A DNA stretch of 64,000 bases from Promethearchaeota archaeon (GCA_048940645.1 JBHLOI010000005.1:1-64000), one strand, 5' to 3'. Positions 37,319-48,091 are shown, counted from the stretch's first letter. Numbers and translations are program-made. Notes: generated by a model from the sequence alone, not told the origin.

Positions 37319-38155
37319 TTGACAGAATCTTATGTAACTGTTAATGGAGTAAAAATCTGCTATAAAATCCATGGAGAAGGATATCCAGTTGTTCTAATTC
37401 ATGGTTTTGGGCTACATAAAGAATTTTGGATAGCACAAATATCGGAATTAGAAAAATATTTTAAAGTGATTGCTTTAGATAATAGGGGATCTGGAAAATC
37501 AGATCACCCAAAAGAACCGTACAAATTAGAAAATCTTGCTAATGATGTAAAATGCCTTTTGGATGTATTGGATATTCAAAAAGCCCATGTAATTGGATGG
37601 GCAACTGGAGCAATGATCGCCCAATATTTAGTATTACAATATCCTATGCGTGTTAATAAACTTGTACTCATCGCAGCTCTTACAAAACTTCCTGTAGATA
37701 AATCTGGGCTTGAAATGTTTAAGAATAGTCAATTAGCGTTTCATAAAGAGAAACTGAAGGATCCTGAAAATGCATTTTTCGCAAAAATGAAACAAAGGTT
37801 TTCTCGAAAGTTTTATAAACGATTAGTTGAAAATTCAGATGTAAAATTTCATGGAATCTTTACTACAAATGACTTAATGGACCTTGTTTTTAAGGATTCT
37901 TCACAACCTCATGATATTGAAAATAGAATTAATGCCATAGCAGGATTAAACACAATTGATCAAATACACTGGATACAAAATGAAGTTTTAGTACTTGCTG
38001 CCGAGAAGGATAGAATATCTCCAAAAAGTGTAAGTGTAGAGTTAAATAACAAATTAAGGAGAAGTAACCTTATTGTGTTGGATGGAGGCCATTATTTTCC
38101 GTTAGAAAATGCTCCAGAAGTCAATAAATATATTATAGACTTTTTAAACAATTAA
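37319..38155 (+). CDS. Alpha/beta hydrolase 4 of 5, nucleophile Ser replaced by Ala
   Basis: HGFG, DNRGSGKS, GWATG in place of GxSxG, KD, GGH. Confidence 0.88.
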   Translation: MTESYVTVNGVKICYKIHGEGYPVVLIHGFGLHKEFWIAQISELEKYFKVIALDNRGSGKSDHPKEPYKLENLANDVKCLLDVLDIQKAHVIGWATGAMIAQYLVLQYPMRVNKLVLIAALTKLPVDKSGLEMFKNSQLAFHKEKLKDPENAFFAKMKQRFSRKFYKRLVENSDVKFHGIFTTNDLMDLVFKDSSQPHDIENRINAIAGLNTIDQIHWIQNEVLVLAAEKDRISPKSVSVELNNKLRRSNLIVLDGGHYFPLENAPEVNKYIIDFLNN

Positions 38156-38206
38156 ATTTTATTTTAAGATATTCTTTCTTATTAATGAATAATTAATGTA
38201 TTTAGG

Positions 38207-39058
38207 TTGATGATAATTATGGGTGAATTATTTGCTGATGTTAATGGAGCTAAAATATGTTATGAGATATTTGGAGAAGGAGAACCGTTTATTTTGTTAC
38301 ATGGTTTTGCTATGTATAAAGAATTCTGGATCACTCAAGTAAAAGGATTATCTGATAATTTTAAACTCATAATTCTTGATCTTCGAGGTTGTGGAAATTC
38401 AAGTCATCCAAAAGAAGCTTTCTACATGGAAACTCTAGCAGATGATGTTAAATGTTTGATGGATCACTTGAAAGTTGAAAAGGCACATCTCGCAGGACAT
38501 TCATTTGGAGGTATGGTTGCTCAACATTTCGCGTTGAAATATCCAAATAGATTAGGAAAATTAATTTTAATGTCAACATTTCCTAATTTACCATTAGATA
38601 AATCTGGACTTGATATGTATAAAAGAAGTCAATTAGAAAATTATGAAGCTAAGGAAAGGGATTCTACTAAAGCCTTCTATAATAAGATGAAACAAAGATT
38701 CACTCGAAGCTTTTACAAAGAAATAGTTGAGGATCCAAAGAAAAAATTTCATGGCCTCTTTTCGACAGAAAATCTAATCGAGTTGGAGAATTCTAAAGGG
38801 ACATCAAAGCCTCAAGACATTCTAAATCTAATAGAAGCTATAGTTAAACATGATACAGTTGATAAACTCCATGAAATTAAAAATGAAGTGCTAATCCTTG
38901 CGGGAGAAAAAGATAGAATTGTATCAAAAGTAGCTAGTAATGTACTTCATGATAAAATCCCAAATAGTACCCTAAAAATACTTAATGGAAGCCATTTCTT
39001 TCCTTTAGAACAAGCTCCTGAAGTTAATCAGATAATAATTGATTTTCTAATGAAATAA
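38207..39058 (+). CDS. Alpha/beta hydrolase 5 of 5
   Basis: HGFA, DLRGCGNS, GHSFGG, KD, GSH. Confidence 0.9.
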   Translation: MMIIMGELFADVNGAKICYEIFGEGEPFILLHGFAMYKEFWITQVKGLSDNFKLIILDLRGCGNSSHPKEAFYMETLADDVKCLMDHLKVEKAHLAGHSFGGMVAQHFALKYPNRLGKLILMSTFPNLPLDKSGLDMYKRSQLENYEAKERDSTKAFYNKMKQRFTRSFYKEIVEDPKKKFHGLFSTENLIELENSKGTSKPQDILNLIEAIVKHDTVDKLHEIKNEVLILAGEKDRIVSKVASNVLHDKIPNSTLKILNGSHFFPLEQAPEVNQIIIDFLMK

Positions 39059-39095
39059 AGTCTCAACCCAATAGGTTAAAAGGTATTATATTTGA

Positions 39096-40343
39096 TTACA
39101 TTTTGGATGTTAATTCTGGGTTAGTTAATCTTTGCTTTTTCAATTCTATTTTTTCAAAACTCATTATAAAAGGAACTAAGGCTATTGAACCAATTACAAA
39201 ACTTAAGAAGAAGGGAGCAAAATAATTAAGCATAAAGGTACCAATTAATGGTCCTATTATTTGGGCAAAACTATCTAATCCAGATGAATAACCATTAATT
39301 TTTCCTTGTTCTCTTGGTGATACTGATTGACTAATTTTGCTATTCAACGGTCCTCGTGTTAAAGAGGCAGCAAAACTAATAAACAATATTAAGATGAAAA
39401 ACATAATAACAGAAACAGAAAAACCTACAATAAAAAATGAGACTAAGAATATACCTAATCCAACTAATATGGCATTATTTTCTCCTAATTTATTGATTGC
39501 AGGTTTAAATAGAGTAAATCTTATTGTAGCTCGAAAAATGCCAGAGATCATTAATAAAATCCCAATTTCAGGAGCCTCCATGCCAAACACAATTTCAGCA
39601 AAAAATGATAATGATGCCATTGCAATCATGAATGAAGCAGTATGAAATCCAAATAATGTTAAATAAAACATAGCAGCTTTATTTTTTCTAATTTTAATTA
39701 TAATCTTTGTTTTCATTTCATGATATTGTAGACGTTTCGATTTAGGCCAAGTTTCCTCTAATATAAAAATCGTTATTATTATAGTAAAAATAGACAATCC
39801 AGCAGCAAATAAACCAGGGAGTAGGATTCCACCAATACCGTATAACGTTCCCCCTAAACCTGGTCCAATAAGAGAAGCTAATACATGGGCCACTCCAATA
39901 TTTGCCATTTGAATACTTCTGTCTTTAGGGGGCACTTCATCACCAATAATAGCTTTTGCAATCGGAAAATTACCACCAAAAACTCCATCAACTATACGAG
40001 ATATAATAATCATCCAAATTGAATTAGAAAAAGCTAGTAACAAAAAACCTGCGCAAGTACCAACCTGTGAGATTAAAAGTAACGGCTTTCTTCCATATAT
40101 ATCACTTAATTTTCCTAATATTGGTCCAAAAATGAATGAAAACATAGCATTTACAGAGAGAATAATTCCCATGGGAAATATTTCTATATTAAAATCATAG
40201 GCAATAAAAGGTGCCATTGGTAAAATCATAGAAAAACCAATAATATCGATAAAAACAGCAATCCAGAGTGGAGTTAGCATTCGATATTTGAAAATTTTTC
40301 TATTATTTGATGATTTAATGTTATTTAGAGTTTTTTCATTCAT
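39096..40343 (-). CDS. MFS transporter (TetA/DHA1-like)
   Basis: About 12 TM; motif A GKLSDIYGRKP, SRIVDG, GPGLGG, second repeat with EQG. Confidence 0.9.
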   Translation of the reverse strand: MNEKTLNNIKSSNNRKIFKYRMLTPLWIAVFIDIIGFSMILPMAPFIAYDFNIEIFPMGIILSVNAMFSFIFGPILGKLSDIYGRKPLLLISQVGTCAGFLLLAFSNSIWMIIISRIVDGVFGGNFPIAKAIIGDEVPPKDRSIQMANIGVAHVLASLIGPGLGGTLYGIGGILLPGLFAAGLSIFTIIITIFILEETWPKSKRLQYHEMKTKIIIKIRKNKAAMFYLTLFGFHTASFMIAMASLSFFAEIVFGMEAPEIGILLMISGIFRATIRFTLFKPAINKLGENNAILVGLGIFLVSFFIVGFSVSVIMFFILILFISFAASLTRGPLNSKISQSVSPREQGKINGYSSGLDSFAQIIGPLIGTFMLNYFAPFFLSFVIGSIALVPFIMSFEKIELKKQRLTNPELTSKM

Positions 40344-40466
40344 GAACCTTAATCCGAAAGTTGTTGAAAATAATTTCTAAGGTAAATACATAGAATATTA
40401 AATAAAATTGATTTTAATCTAAAAGATTTTTGATTATAAAAATTTAAGAATAAAGAAACCATTGAT

Positions 40467-43223
40467 TTACTCTAATTTTATAACATGTTTTTGAGTAGCA
40501 AAAACTATTCCCTCTTCATCGATATTACCGCTATCAGCCTTTATTTTATATGGTTTGATTAATATTCCTAAATCATCTTTTTCTGTTGTCCAACAAGCTA
40601 AAACTAGCAAATTTTCTTTTTTTAATAAGTTATCCATAAGATAAAAATCATGTTGTGGACCATAAGTACCCCAATAATTTCCAACATAAAGCCCATTTAA
40701 GAAAATATGCACATTGTGTTTACCTTCAACATGTAATCTCAAGGGTATTCTTACTTTTTCTTCTATTTCCCAGTTAAAAATAGTTTTATACCATATGATT
40801 TGGTCATTTGGTGTTACAGTTGGTTGATGATTGATTTTTGTCCATTCCTTGCCTTGACCATGCTGAAAACCAAATTTTTCCCCTGGAAGCCCGGCAGTAT
40901 TATATGGTTGCTTTAATTTAGTTACATCAATTCCAGAGATATACCAACTTTCTGAAGTAAGTGGTCTGGAAAAATCCACGGATAAAATCCCTCTAGGATT
41001 TCTAAGATCGTTTGCAACAAAGAAATTTTTATTTTGACCTAAATTTTCTGTTAAAATGAATAAAATATTTCTACCCTTTTCAATATATTTTGTTAAATCG
41101 TAAATTTCCCCACCTTTATCTGGAGGGTCTATACCCATCATGGCTCCAGGTTGCATAGAATTTATATTATAGGTATTATGCCCCCCAATGAATTGATTAT
41201 TAAACCACACTGCAGTTTTATGTCTTGAGTTAATCTTAACAGTTAAATTTTGAAAATCAGAAGTATAGAATTCACATTTATATAATACATGTCCGCACAC
41301 ATAATTGTGATCTATAGGATCTTTATCAATTTCAAAATCGATCTCTTTCCAAATATTCGAATTATCCTGGTTAGGCCAATTCGTTTTAAGCTTGTACCAT
41401 TTACCAAATGATAACTCAGGGAATTCAATATTAGATGAATATCTCTTCTTCATCAATCCTGGAATAATTGAATCCTCCACTTTTTCAAATCCTTTAGCTA
41501 GATTACTAGAACCTAAAATCCAAATAGTTTGGGATCCTAGAATCTCAGCCTCTACAGTATTACTCTTAGAAAAAAACAAAGAATATACTCCCCACGCTAA
41601 TTGGGTATTATAACTATTTAAATCTGCATTTAAAGTAAGTGCCATTTCCTCAGATAAACAAAGAATATACAATTTCTTTTCATTTTTGTCAGTTATAAGG
41701 CCAGATCCTTCAGAATCAAATGATATTCTAGTAAACTTCTCTTCAAAAAAGGATTTGATTGTTCCACTTATTTTAAAGTCAGTTCCTTCTAGTAATAGTT
41801 CCCCACCATTATTGATTATGACAATTAGATGTCCATTAGCATAAGGTCCCTTTAGAATTATATTCAATGAACAGAACCTTATATTAAAATCTCCAATCTG
41901 ATGATTCCCAATTGCTATGAAAGAATCGCGGGATCGTAAATATTGATTTTTCTCTTTAGGTATTTGTAAATTTTCTGAAAAATATATATTAAATCTCTCA
42001 ACTTCATTCTTATTGAAATTTCTGAAGAAATAGAAATTAGTTCCATCATTTCCTAATCGTTGCCTATAAAGGATGTTTTTTTGATCACAAAAAATTTTAG
42101 GGGAATTTACTAAATCTGTCTGAAAAAAACTATCTTTAAAACTTTCAATAAATAATGAAAATAATCTTAAATGTCTCAGTCTAGAAGATTGGAATCCATA
42201 TTCTCTTATGCTTGCTGAATAATCATAGCTGGTATAAACCTCAGGATTTGGAAGTGAGGCCCATGTAGTTCCACCATAGAACATGTAAAGCACCATCATT
42301 GTTACTCCTTGAGCGGCTAAACTCTGAAGTAGCATTTTCTGGTATGTTTCTCCATAAAAATTATATAAAGTGTCATACCCATAAATTATTCCCCAATGAT
42401 TGTACCACCCACCTTGAAGTTCGGGAATAAAGAGTGGAGAATTAATAACGGCTCCTCCAAAGGATCTAACTTTTTCTTCAAGACGATCAATCTTTTTACG
42501 GAATGAAACAAATCTCCAATCAGTAAGTGGTAAATTTTTGGGAGTTTTATCTGCCCAAATTGGATATTTATCAAAGCCATATAAGTCAACTAAGCCATTC
42601 CAAGATCCTAATTCTTTTACATCATTATGAAAATTAGGAACCGTGATGCCAAATTCTTCAGCATAAGAGACAAGTTCTTGCATATATCTCCTAAGTGTTG
42701 TTTCATGTTCAGTATATTCATTTTCTATCTGGAAAGCAACTATTTTACCTTTTGAGTTTTCCGTAATTTGATGCTTATTAATTAATGTTATAAAATTTTC
42801 ATACCACTGCTTACAATATTTCATATACTGAGTGTCGTAAACTGATTTACCTATATCTTTTAAATGTTTAATTCTTATATCTTTATTTCTTAAAAGCCAT
42901 AAAGGATATCCTCCAGCTGTCGTTTCAGCACAAATATAGGGGCCTTGAGCGACAAACACATATAAATCTAATTCTTCACATAATTCTAGTAAATATTTTA
43001 TATCTCTATTACCATCAAAATAGTATTTTGTTTCGTTAGGATTATGATATCCCCAATGAAAATAGATTCTAACACTATTTAAACCGGCAATTTTATACAT
43101 TTTCAGTATATCTTTCCAACGATCCCTATCAGGTATCCTCCAATAATGAAACTCACCACCTAAAAGAAAAATTCTTTTTCCATCTATTTTTAAGCTATAT
43201 TTATCCCAAGTAATTTCTGACAT
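40467..43223 (-). CDS. Beta-galactosidase, glycoside hydrolase family 35
   Basis: GGEFHYWR, GPYICAE, FQIENEY (acid/base), PELQGGW (nucleophile), YMFYGGT, YTSYDY, GPQ. Confidence 0.92.
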   Translation of the reverse strand: MSEITWDKYSLKIDGKRIFLLGGEFHYWRIPDRDRWKDILKMYKIAGLNSVRIYFHWGYHNPNETKYYFDGNRDIKYLLELCEELDLYVFVAQGPYICAETTAGGYPLWLLRNKDIRIKHLKDIGKSVYDTQYMKYCKQWYENFITLINKHQITENSKGKIVAFQIENEYTEHETTLRRYMQELVSYAEEFGITVPNFHNDVKELGSWNGLVDLYGFDKYPIWADKTPKNLPLTDWRFVSFRKKIDRLEEKVRSFGGAVINSPLFIPELQGGWYNHWGIIYGYDTLYNFYGETYQKMLLQSLAAQGVTMMVLYMFYGGTTWASLPNPEVYTSYDYSASIREYGFQSSRLRHLRLFSLFIESFKDSFFQTDLVNSPKIFCDQKNILYRQRLGNDGTNFYFFRNFNKNEVERFNIYFSENLQIPKEKNQYLRSRDSFIAIGNHQIGDFNIRFCSLNIILKGPYANGHLIVIINNGGELLLEGTDFKISGTIKSFFEEKFTRISFDSEGSGLITDKNEKKLYILCLSEEMALTLNADLNSYNTQLAWGVYSLFFSKSNTVEAEILGSQTIWILGSSNLAKGFEKVEDSIIPGLMKKRYSSNIEFPELSFGKWYKLKTNWPNQDNSNIWKEIDFEIDKDPIDHNYVCGHVLYKCEFYTSDFQNLTVKINSRHKTAVWFNNQFIGGHNTYNINSMQPGAMMGIDPPDKGGEIYDLTKYIEKGRNILFILTENLGQNKNFFVANDLRNPRGILSVDFSRPLTSESWYISGIDVTKLKQPYNTAGLPGEKFGFQHGQGKEWTKINHQPTVTPNDQIIWYKTIFNWEIEEKVRIPLRLHVEGKHNVHIFLNGLYVGNYWGTYGPQHDFYLMDNLLKKENLLVLACWTTEKDDLGILIKPYKIKADSGNIDEEGIVFATQKHVIKLE

Positions 43224-43248
43224 ATTATCAAATCTAATTAATTACTAC

Positions 43249-44199
43249 TTATTCATCAGTTTGTATTAATTCTATTTTTACTTGAAATCTACTGAGTGAG
43301 ATTGTTGAAATTAATATTAAAACAAGTGCAATTAAAAATAAAATGAGATTTTGAAAACTTTGATTAAAAACAAATAAACCTGCGATTATAGGTATTATTA
43401 GCATTATTGCATTTTGGATTGGGACAATTTTTAAAGCTTTACTTTTTTGAAGAGCTGATTGTAAAAAAATAACACTTGAAATGTAGAATACTAGCATTCC
43501 CCAAGAACTTATAAACATCCATAAATGCAAATAGTCAAACCAAAAAATACCAAATAAAATCTCCCAAAAGAATAATGGAAAAATTTTGGCTTCAGTAAAA
43601 GCTTGTGCTAAAATGTTAGTAAAAATCGCTCCGATTGAATACAAAATCGCTCCTATAAACATTAAAAACATTCCTTCAAACTGAGTACCTCGTTTTTGTT
43701 TTGACAGGAAATAAAATCCAAAACATATTACGATTAGCGGACTCAAAAATATAATGAAAGTTATAACAAATTGATATAAATCAATTATAATATTTGTAAT
43801 TCCTGCAAGTGTTATTAATATTGGAGATACTATTAAAATTCCTATGGCAATAATTTCATAGTATGTAATCTTTTCATTCAGCATTTTAACCGCAGATATT
43901 ACGAAAAAAAGTAGCCCAATGCTCATTAATGGTTGTACAACAACTATTCCAACTAGTCCCATCGCAATGGCATAAGGTATCATTCCAATCAATCCCAATA
44001 GAGTCCCAGAAAGCCAACTTTTATTTTTGCTAAACTCCTTAAAAGTATTATATAAATTTCTTACTCCCTCTTCAATTTTTATCTCAGAACCATCTCTTAA
44101 ACCTTTCTTCTGGAGGACAATACCAAAATTAAAACAAAAAGAAGCAATAATTGAAACAAATATCCCAAGAATCGTAGTGAATATATCAACCATATACAA
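43249..44199 (-). CDS. DMT-superfamily membrane protein (NIPA Mg2+ transporter-like)
   Basis: About 9 TM; GIVLQKKG, W..G, VVVQPL, LNEK. Confidence 0.7.
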   Translation of the reverse strand: MYMVDIFTTILGIFVSIIASFCFNFGIVLQKKGLRDGSEIKIEEGVRNLYNTFKEFSKNKSWLSGTLLGLIGMIPYAIAMGLVGIVVVQPLMSIGLLFFVISAVKMLNEKITYYEIIAIGILIVSPILITLAGITNIIIDLYQFVITFIIFLSPLIVICFGFYFLSKQKRGTQFEGMFLMFIGAILYSIGAIFTNILAQAFTEAKIFPLFFWEILFGIFWFDYLHLWMFISSWGMLVFYISSVIFLQSALQKSKALKIVPIQNAIMLIIPIIAGLFVFNQSFQNLILFLIALVLILISTISLSRFQVKIELIQTDE

Positions 44200-44254
44200 T
44201 GTTAAATATTCAATCGTAATTAATTTTTTATAATGAAATATTAATAGATATATT

Positions 44255-45067
44255 ATGGATGATAATACGATATTAAATAAGGAAAGTTCAAATGAGGCAC
44301 AAGAGAAGAAAACTGTTGAACTTCCTGCATTAGATTTCTTTAAGATAAATTTTATTAGTTTTTTAGTTCCTTTATATATATGTTTAGGTCTTTTTCTTCT
44401 TTTTGAGTATGGAATTATTAATATTTTCTTTTCATTTGATTCAATTTTTCATTTTATCATGCTTCCAGTATTTCTATTTTTATTATATTATATCTATCTT
44501 ATCTTACTTGTAGAATTTACCGCTTTATGGGCAAAACGTTGGAATAAAAAATCACCACCTAAGCAAGGAGTATTTGCTCGTGTTCTTGATGATTTGGATA
44601 GTCCAGAAGGAAAAATGATGAAGTATTATCACAAAAGAGGATTTATCATAAAATTCCCTATGTGGCTAACATCAAAATCACCCTTTCCTTGGCTTGTAAA
44701 TCGTACTCTAAAAAGGATAAGTCATAATAAAATAGGTAAGAACGTTATTTATTGCGATGGGTATGTTGGATTGGAATTCACTGATTTAGGAGATAATGTA
44801 TTCTTCTATCCTACTTCTGGTATATCTTCTCATGCAGTCAATTCTATATTCGGAAAAATAACGATGATAGAAGTAAAAATAGGTAGAAATACTACATTTT
44901 ATCCCGGTGATATAACTGGACCAAATGCGTTAACAACTGATAATAATGTAATTTTTCCAAACACAGTACTACATAAAAATTGGAGAGGTAAGCCTGGAGT
45001 ATTTTACTATCAAGGAAGTCCTGGACGTCCTATAGAAATTAAGCATATAAAGAAAAAACCTTCTTAA
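44255..45067 (+). CDS. Membrane-anchored left-handed beta-helix (acyltransferase-like) protein
   Basis: Two N-terminal TM helices; hexapeptide-like KIGKNV, DLGDNV, KIGRNT; YQGSPGRP ending. Confidence 0.65.
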   Translation: MDDNTILNKESSNEAQEKKTVELPALDFFKINFISFLVPLYICLGLFLLFEYGIINIFFSFDSIFHFIMLPVFLFLLYYIYLILLVEFTALWAKRWNKKSPPKQGVFARVLDDLDSPEGKMMKYYHKRGFIIKFPMWLTSKSPFPWLVNRTLKRISHNKIGKNVIYCDGYVGLEFTDLGDNVFFYPTSGISSHAVNSIFGKITMIEVKIGRNTTFYPGDITGPNALTTDNNVIFPNTVLHKNWRGKPGVFYYQGSPGRPIEIKHIKKKPS

Positions 45068-46597
45068 TTAATTTCGTGGATATTTTCCATACTTTTGTAA
45101 AAATTCCCTGTATTTATTCACATTATCAAGCACTTTTCCAGCAAGATCAAAGCTTTCGAACACAGGAACATTTCTATTTAATAACCTAAGCTTGAATTTA
45201 TAGCGACTTTTATATTCTTCAAAACCCTCTGAAATTTTTAGCATTACACAAATCATAGGTTTTGTGCAAATCCTTTTAGCTTTTCCGATGTACTTTATAA
45301 AAGATTTATTCAAATCTGTGCCCTTTTCAAAACCTAATTTTCCAACCAAAGAATCCTCTAAATTTTTAAATCTTTCAGGATCTTTAACAAAGATTATGGC
45401 AGAAATGTTTGGATCCTTATCTAGAGTCAACATTGTACGATAATATATGTGTGGTAATGCACCTTGAGCCCCCAAATCGATAGGATTAGCAAAATTAGTA
45501 TTAACATCATTTAAAAATCGACTCAATTTGTCACTGGTTTTTTCTGTTAAGTTAGGTATTTTCAAGCCATACTTTTCTAAAGTATCTCCTGCCTCAATTG
45601 TTGATCCACCACCAATCCCTATTAATCCAATATTTCTTGATTGAGGTAAGTGAATTAATTTAAACGCGGATGCTAAAGCAGCAAGTTCTACAGAATTATT
45701 AACAAGTGAGCAACCAGTTTGTTTAGCAACTGCTTCCCATATCTTATTATTTCCAGCTAATCCTCCTGTATGAGACATGATTGCTTTTTTAGTTGCGTCT
45801 CCATAGCCAGCTCGCCATAAAATCACTGGTTTTCTGTTTAAGTTGCAATCTTTTGCGGCCCTCATAAATCGGCTTCCATTTTGTCGTGTTTTAAGATTTT
45901 CTAAGTATAATCCAATAATTGCTGTTCGGCTATCATATAAAAAATATTCTAAAAAATCTGGGTGCGTTAAATCAATTGCATTTCCTACAGAGATCATTTT
46001 TGATACTTCAACACCATATGCATCAGCCAACTGGGCAACATTTACAGCTAACCCGCCAGATTGTAATACAGCTCCAAAATTTCCTGCTTTTTTTGACTGA
46101 GCTCTTCCAATATACAGTCCTGCTTCAGGGTTATATACTCCTAAACAATTGGGTCCAATAATTCGAATATTATATTTCTTTGCTATATCTAAAACTTCTT
46201 TTTCAAGACTCTCATTACCAATTTCACTAAAACCAGAGGCAAAAATAGTTACAAAAGGGACTTTCTTTTGACCTACTTCATTTAAAATTATTGGAACTAT
46301 TTTAGCAGGGACTCCAATTATTACGTAATCAATTGGTTTATCCTCTGGAATTTCTAAAATCGATCCATAAACCTCCAAACCATATAGTTTTTGCCCCTTT
46401 AAACGGGGATTAAAAATATAAATAGGTTTTCGAAATCGATCTTTCATTATTTCGACGAAGTAACCTCCACCTGCTGGATTATAAGATGCTCCTACGATTC
46501 CTATCGCTCTGGGATAAAATAATCTTTCAAACCTCTTTATAATTAGTTCTTTAGTGTCTAACATGGTAAAAAGTAAGAGATTAGTTTTTTTAAGCAA
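45068..46597 (-). CDS. Acyl-CoA synthetase (NDP-forming) alpha subunit / CoA-binding protein
   Basis: LFYPRAIGIVGAS, ASGFSE, RIIGPNCLG, QSGG, SVGNAID, SHTG (phospho-His), NPIDL. The start is likely the ATG at about 46564. Confidence 0.88.
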   Translation of the reverse strand: MLKKTNLLLFTMLDTKELIIKRFERLFYPRAIGIVGASYNPAGGGYFVEIMKDRFRKPIYIFNPRLKGQKLYGLEVYGSILEIPEDKPIDYVIIGVPAKIVPIILNEVGQKKVPFVTIFASGFSEIGNESLEKEVLDIAKKYNIRIIGPNCLGVYNPEAGLYIGRAQSKKAGNFGAVLQSGGLAVNVAQLADAYGVEVSKMISVGNAIDLTHPDFLEYFLYDSRTAIIGLYLENLKTRQNGSRFMRAAKDCNLNRKPVILWRAGYGDATKKAIMSHTGGLAGNNKIWEAVAKQTGCSLVNNSVELAALASAFKLIHLPQSRNIGLIGIGGGSTIEAGDTLEKYGLKIPNLTEKTSDKLSRFLNDVNTNFANPIDLGAQGALPHIYYRTMLTLDKDPNISAIIFVKDPERFKNLEDSLVGKLGFEKGTDLNKSFIKYIGKAKRICTKPMICVMLKISEGFEEYKSRYKFKLRLLNRNVPVFESFDLAGKVLDNVNKYREFLQKYGKYPRN

Positions 46598-46682
46598 AAA
46601 TTAATTGATATAATAATCTTTTGCTAAAATAATTTTTTAAAGCAATATAATTATGAGCATAATAAGTAAAAGGATAATAAGA

Positions 46683-47402
46683 TCAACGACCCAGCAATTC
46701 TTTTGCTAAGGGAATGTCGTCAGTGATTATACCATCAACTCCAAGTTTTATAAGTCTTTCCATGTCTGGTCTTTCATTAATTGTCCATACATTGACTTTT
46801 AAATTACTATTATGAGCGAAATCTATCAATTCTTTATCAACTCCAGCGAAATGTGGATGAACCGCAAAGAGATTTTTTTTTATCACTCTCTTAGTAGCTT
46901 TTGTTAAATCTCTTGGATCTGAAATTCTTTCAGAAAGTAGCGCACCTAATTTAATCTCGGGCTCCAATTTTTTAATTTTTAATAATTCGCTATGTATAAA
47001 TGAACTAATAAGAGTGGACTCGATAAGATTAGCATCTCTTAACATTTCAATAATTTCATTTCCAATATCATTAACTTTTATTTCAATTTGTAATCCAATT
47101 TCCCCTTGTGTTAGTTTAATTACTTCTTGTAAAGTTGGAATTTTTTCACCTTCTCCCATATCTAATTGTTTTAATTCATTAAGAGTCATTTCTTTAATAT
47201 TAACACTATGTCCAGTTAATTCTGAAATTTCATAATCATGGATTACGACTATTTCTCCATCTTTTGATACTTGAACGTCAAATTCAATATAATCTGCTTG
47301 AAGTTCTATTGCTTTTCTAAAGGATTTTAATGTATTTTCTGGTTCGCTTTTATTTGCTCCTTTATGTCCTATAATTAAGATTTGAGATTTGTTACTTTTC
47401 AT
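46683..47402 (-). CDS. Glycerophosphodiester phosphodiesterase
   Basis: IGHKG, PENT, EFDV, VIHD, IPTL, IEIK, WTIN, GVDGIITD. Confidence 0.92.
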   Translation of the reverse strand: MKSNKSQILIIGHKGANKSEPENTLKSFRKAIELQADYIEFDVQVSKDGEIVVIHDYEISELTGHSVNIKEMTLNELKQLDMGEGEKIPTLQEVIKLTQGEIGLQIEIKVNDIGNEIIEMLRDANLIESTLISSFIHSELLKIKKLEPEIKLGALLSERISDPRDLTKATKRVIKKNLFAVHPHFAGVDKELIDFAHNSNLKVNVWTINERPDMERLIKLGVDGIITDDIPLAKELLGR

Positions 47403-47683
47403 CTTTAATCAAATTCCATAATGATCATATGATCTAAAACTCTCTAATTTTTAAATAGTTTTAGTTAAATAATTATCTATCTAAAAATAGAAACGTCGAA
47501 ATATATCAAAGATTTAATAATACAACTTTGATGTAAAAGAAAAATTTATATATTTGATTGAGTCACAATAATATCGGTTTCAATTAAATTTATAAATGTT
47601 ATACGTTTTTATTATTTCTGAATTTAAAAAAATGAACTGAATCGAAAAGTTTTTATAGCAATAAAAAAGGTGATCGCGGAAAA

Positions 47684-47938
47684 ATGAGATTTTGCCCTAA
47701 TTGTGACAATATCTTAATCCCGAAAAAGAAGAAACTGTTTTGTAAGGCGTGTAACCAAGAGTTTGAGTTAGATAAAGATTCTCCAGACGATTACAAATTA
47801 GTCAAAACAATTAAACATGATGAAAAAGAGTCTGCTCCAATTATTGTTAAAGAAGGTTTGAGAGGAGAAAGGATTTCTGGTGATGATCGTAAAGCTTATG
47901 AGGATCTCTTTGATATCTCAGAAGCAGATGGTTATTAG
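47684..47938 (+). CDS. TFS/RpoM-like protein with only the N-terminal zinc ribbon
   Basis: MRFCPNCDNILIP...LFCKAC matches the TFS/RPB9 N-ribbon; no C-terminal ribbon or RxxDE loop; acidic tail. Confidence 0.7.
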   Translation: MRFCPNCDNILIPKKKKLFCKACNQEFELDKDSPDDYKLVKTIKHDEKESAPIIVKEGLRGERISGDDRKAYEDLFDISEADGY

Positions 47939-48091
47939 CGGCGATAATTAGGGGATTTGTGCTTAGTTAGTTCATTACATCTTCCTTCTTTTGACCTAGA
48001 ATATTTAAAAGTTTTGTAATTTTTAAAGCTTTAAATCATATTAGATTTAATTAATTACTAAATATAAAAAAAATAGAATGAGCTGATATTA

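Noticed and set aside
45064-45071. Convergent genes whose stop codons abut in TTAATTAA
   Set aside because: Expected by chance in a compact AT-rich genome; no further signal.
47936-48000. GC-richer intergenic stretch after the TFS-like gene, considered as a tRNA/ncRNA or a frameshifted C-ribbon
   Set aside because: No cloverleaf or T-loop motif, no stable stem and no CxxC coding in the downstream frames that I could see.
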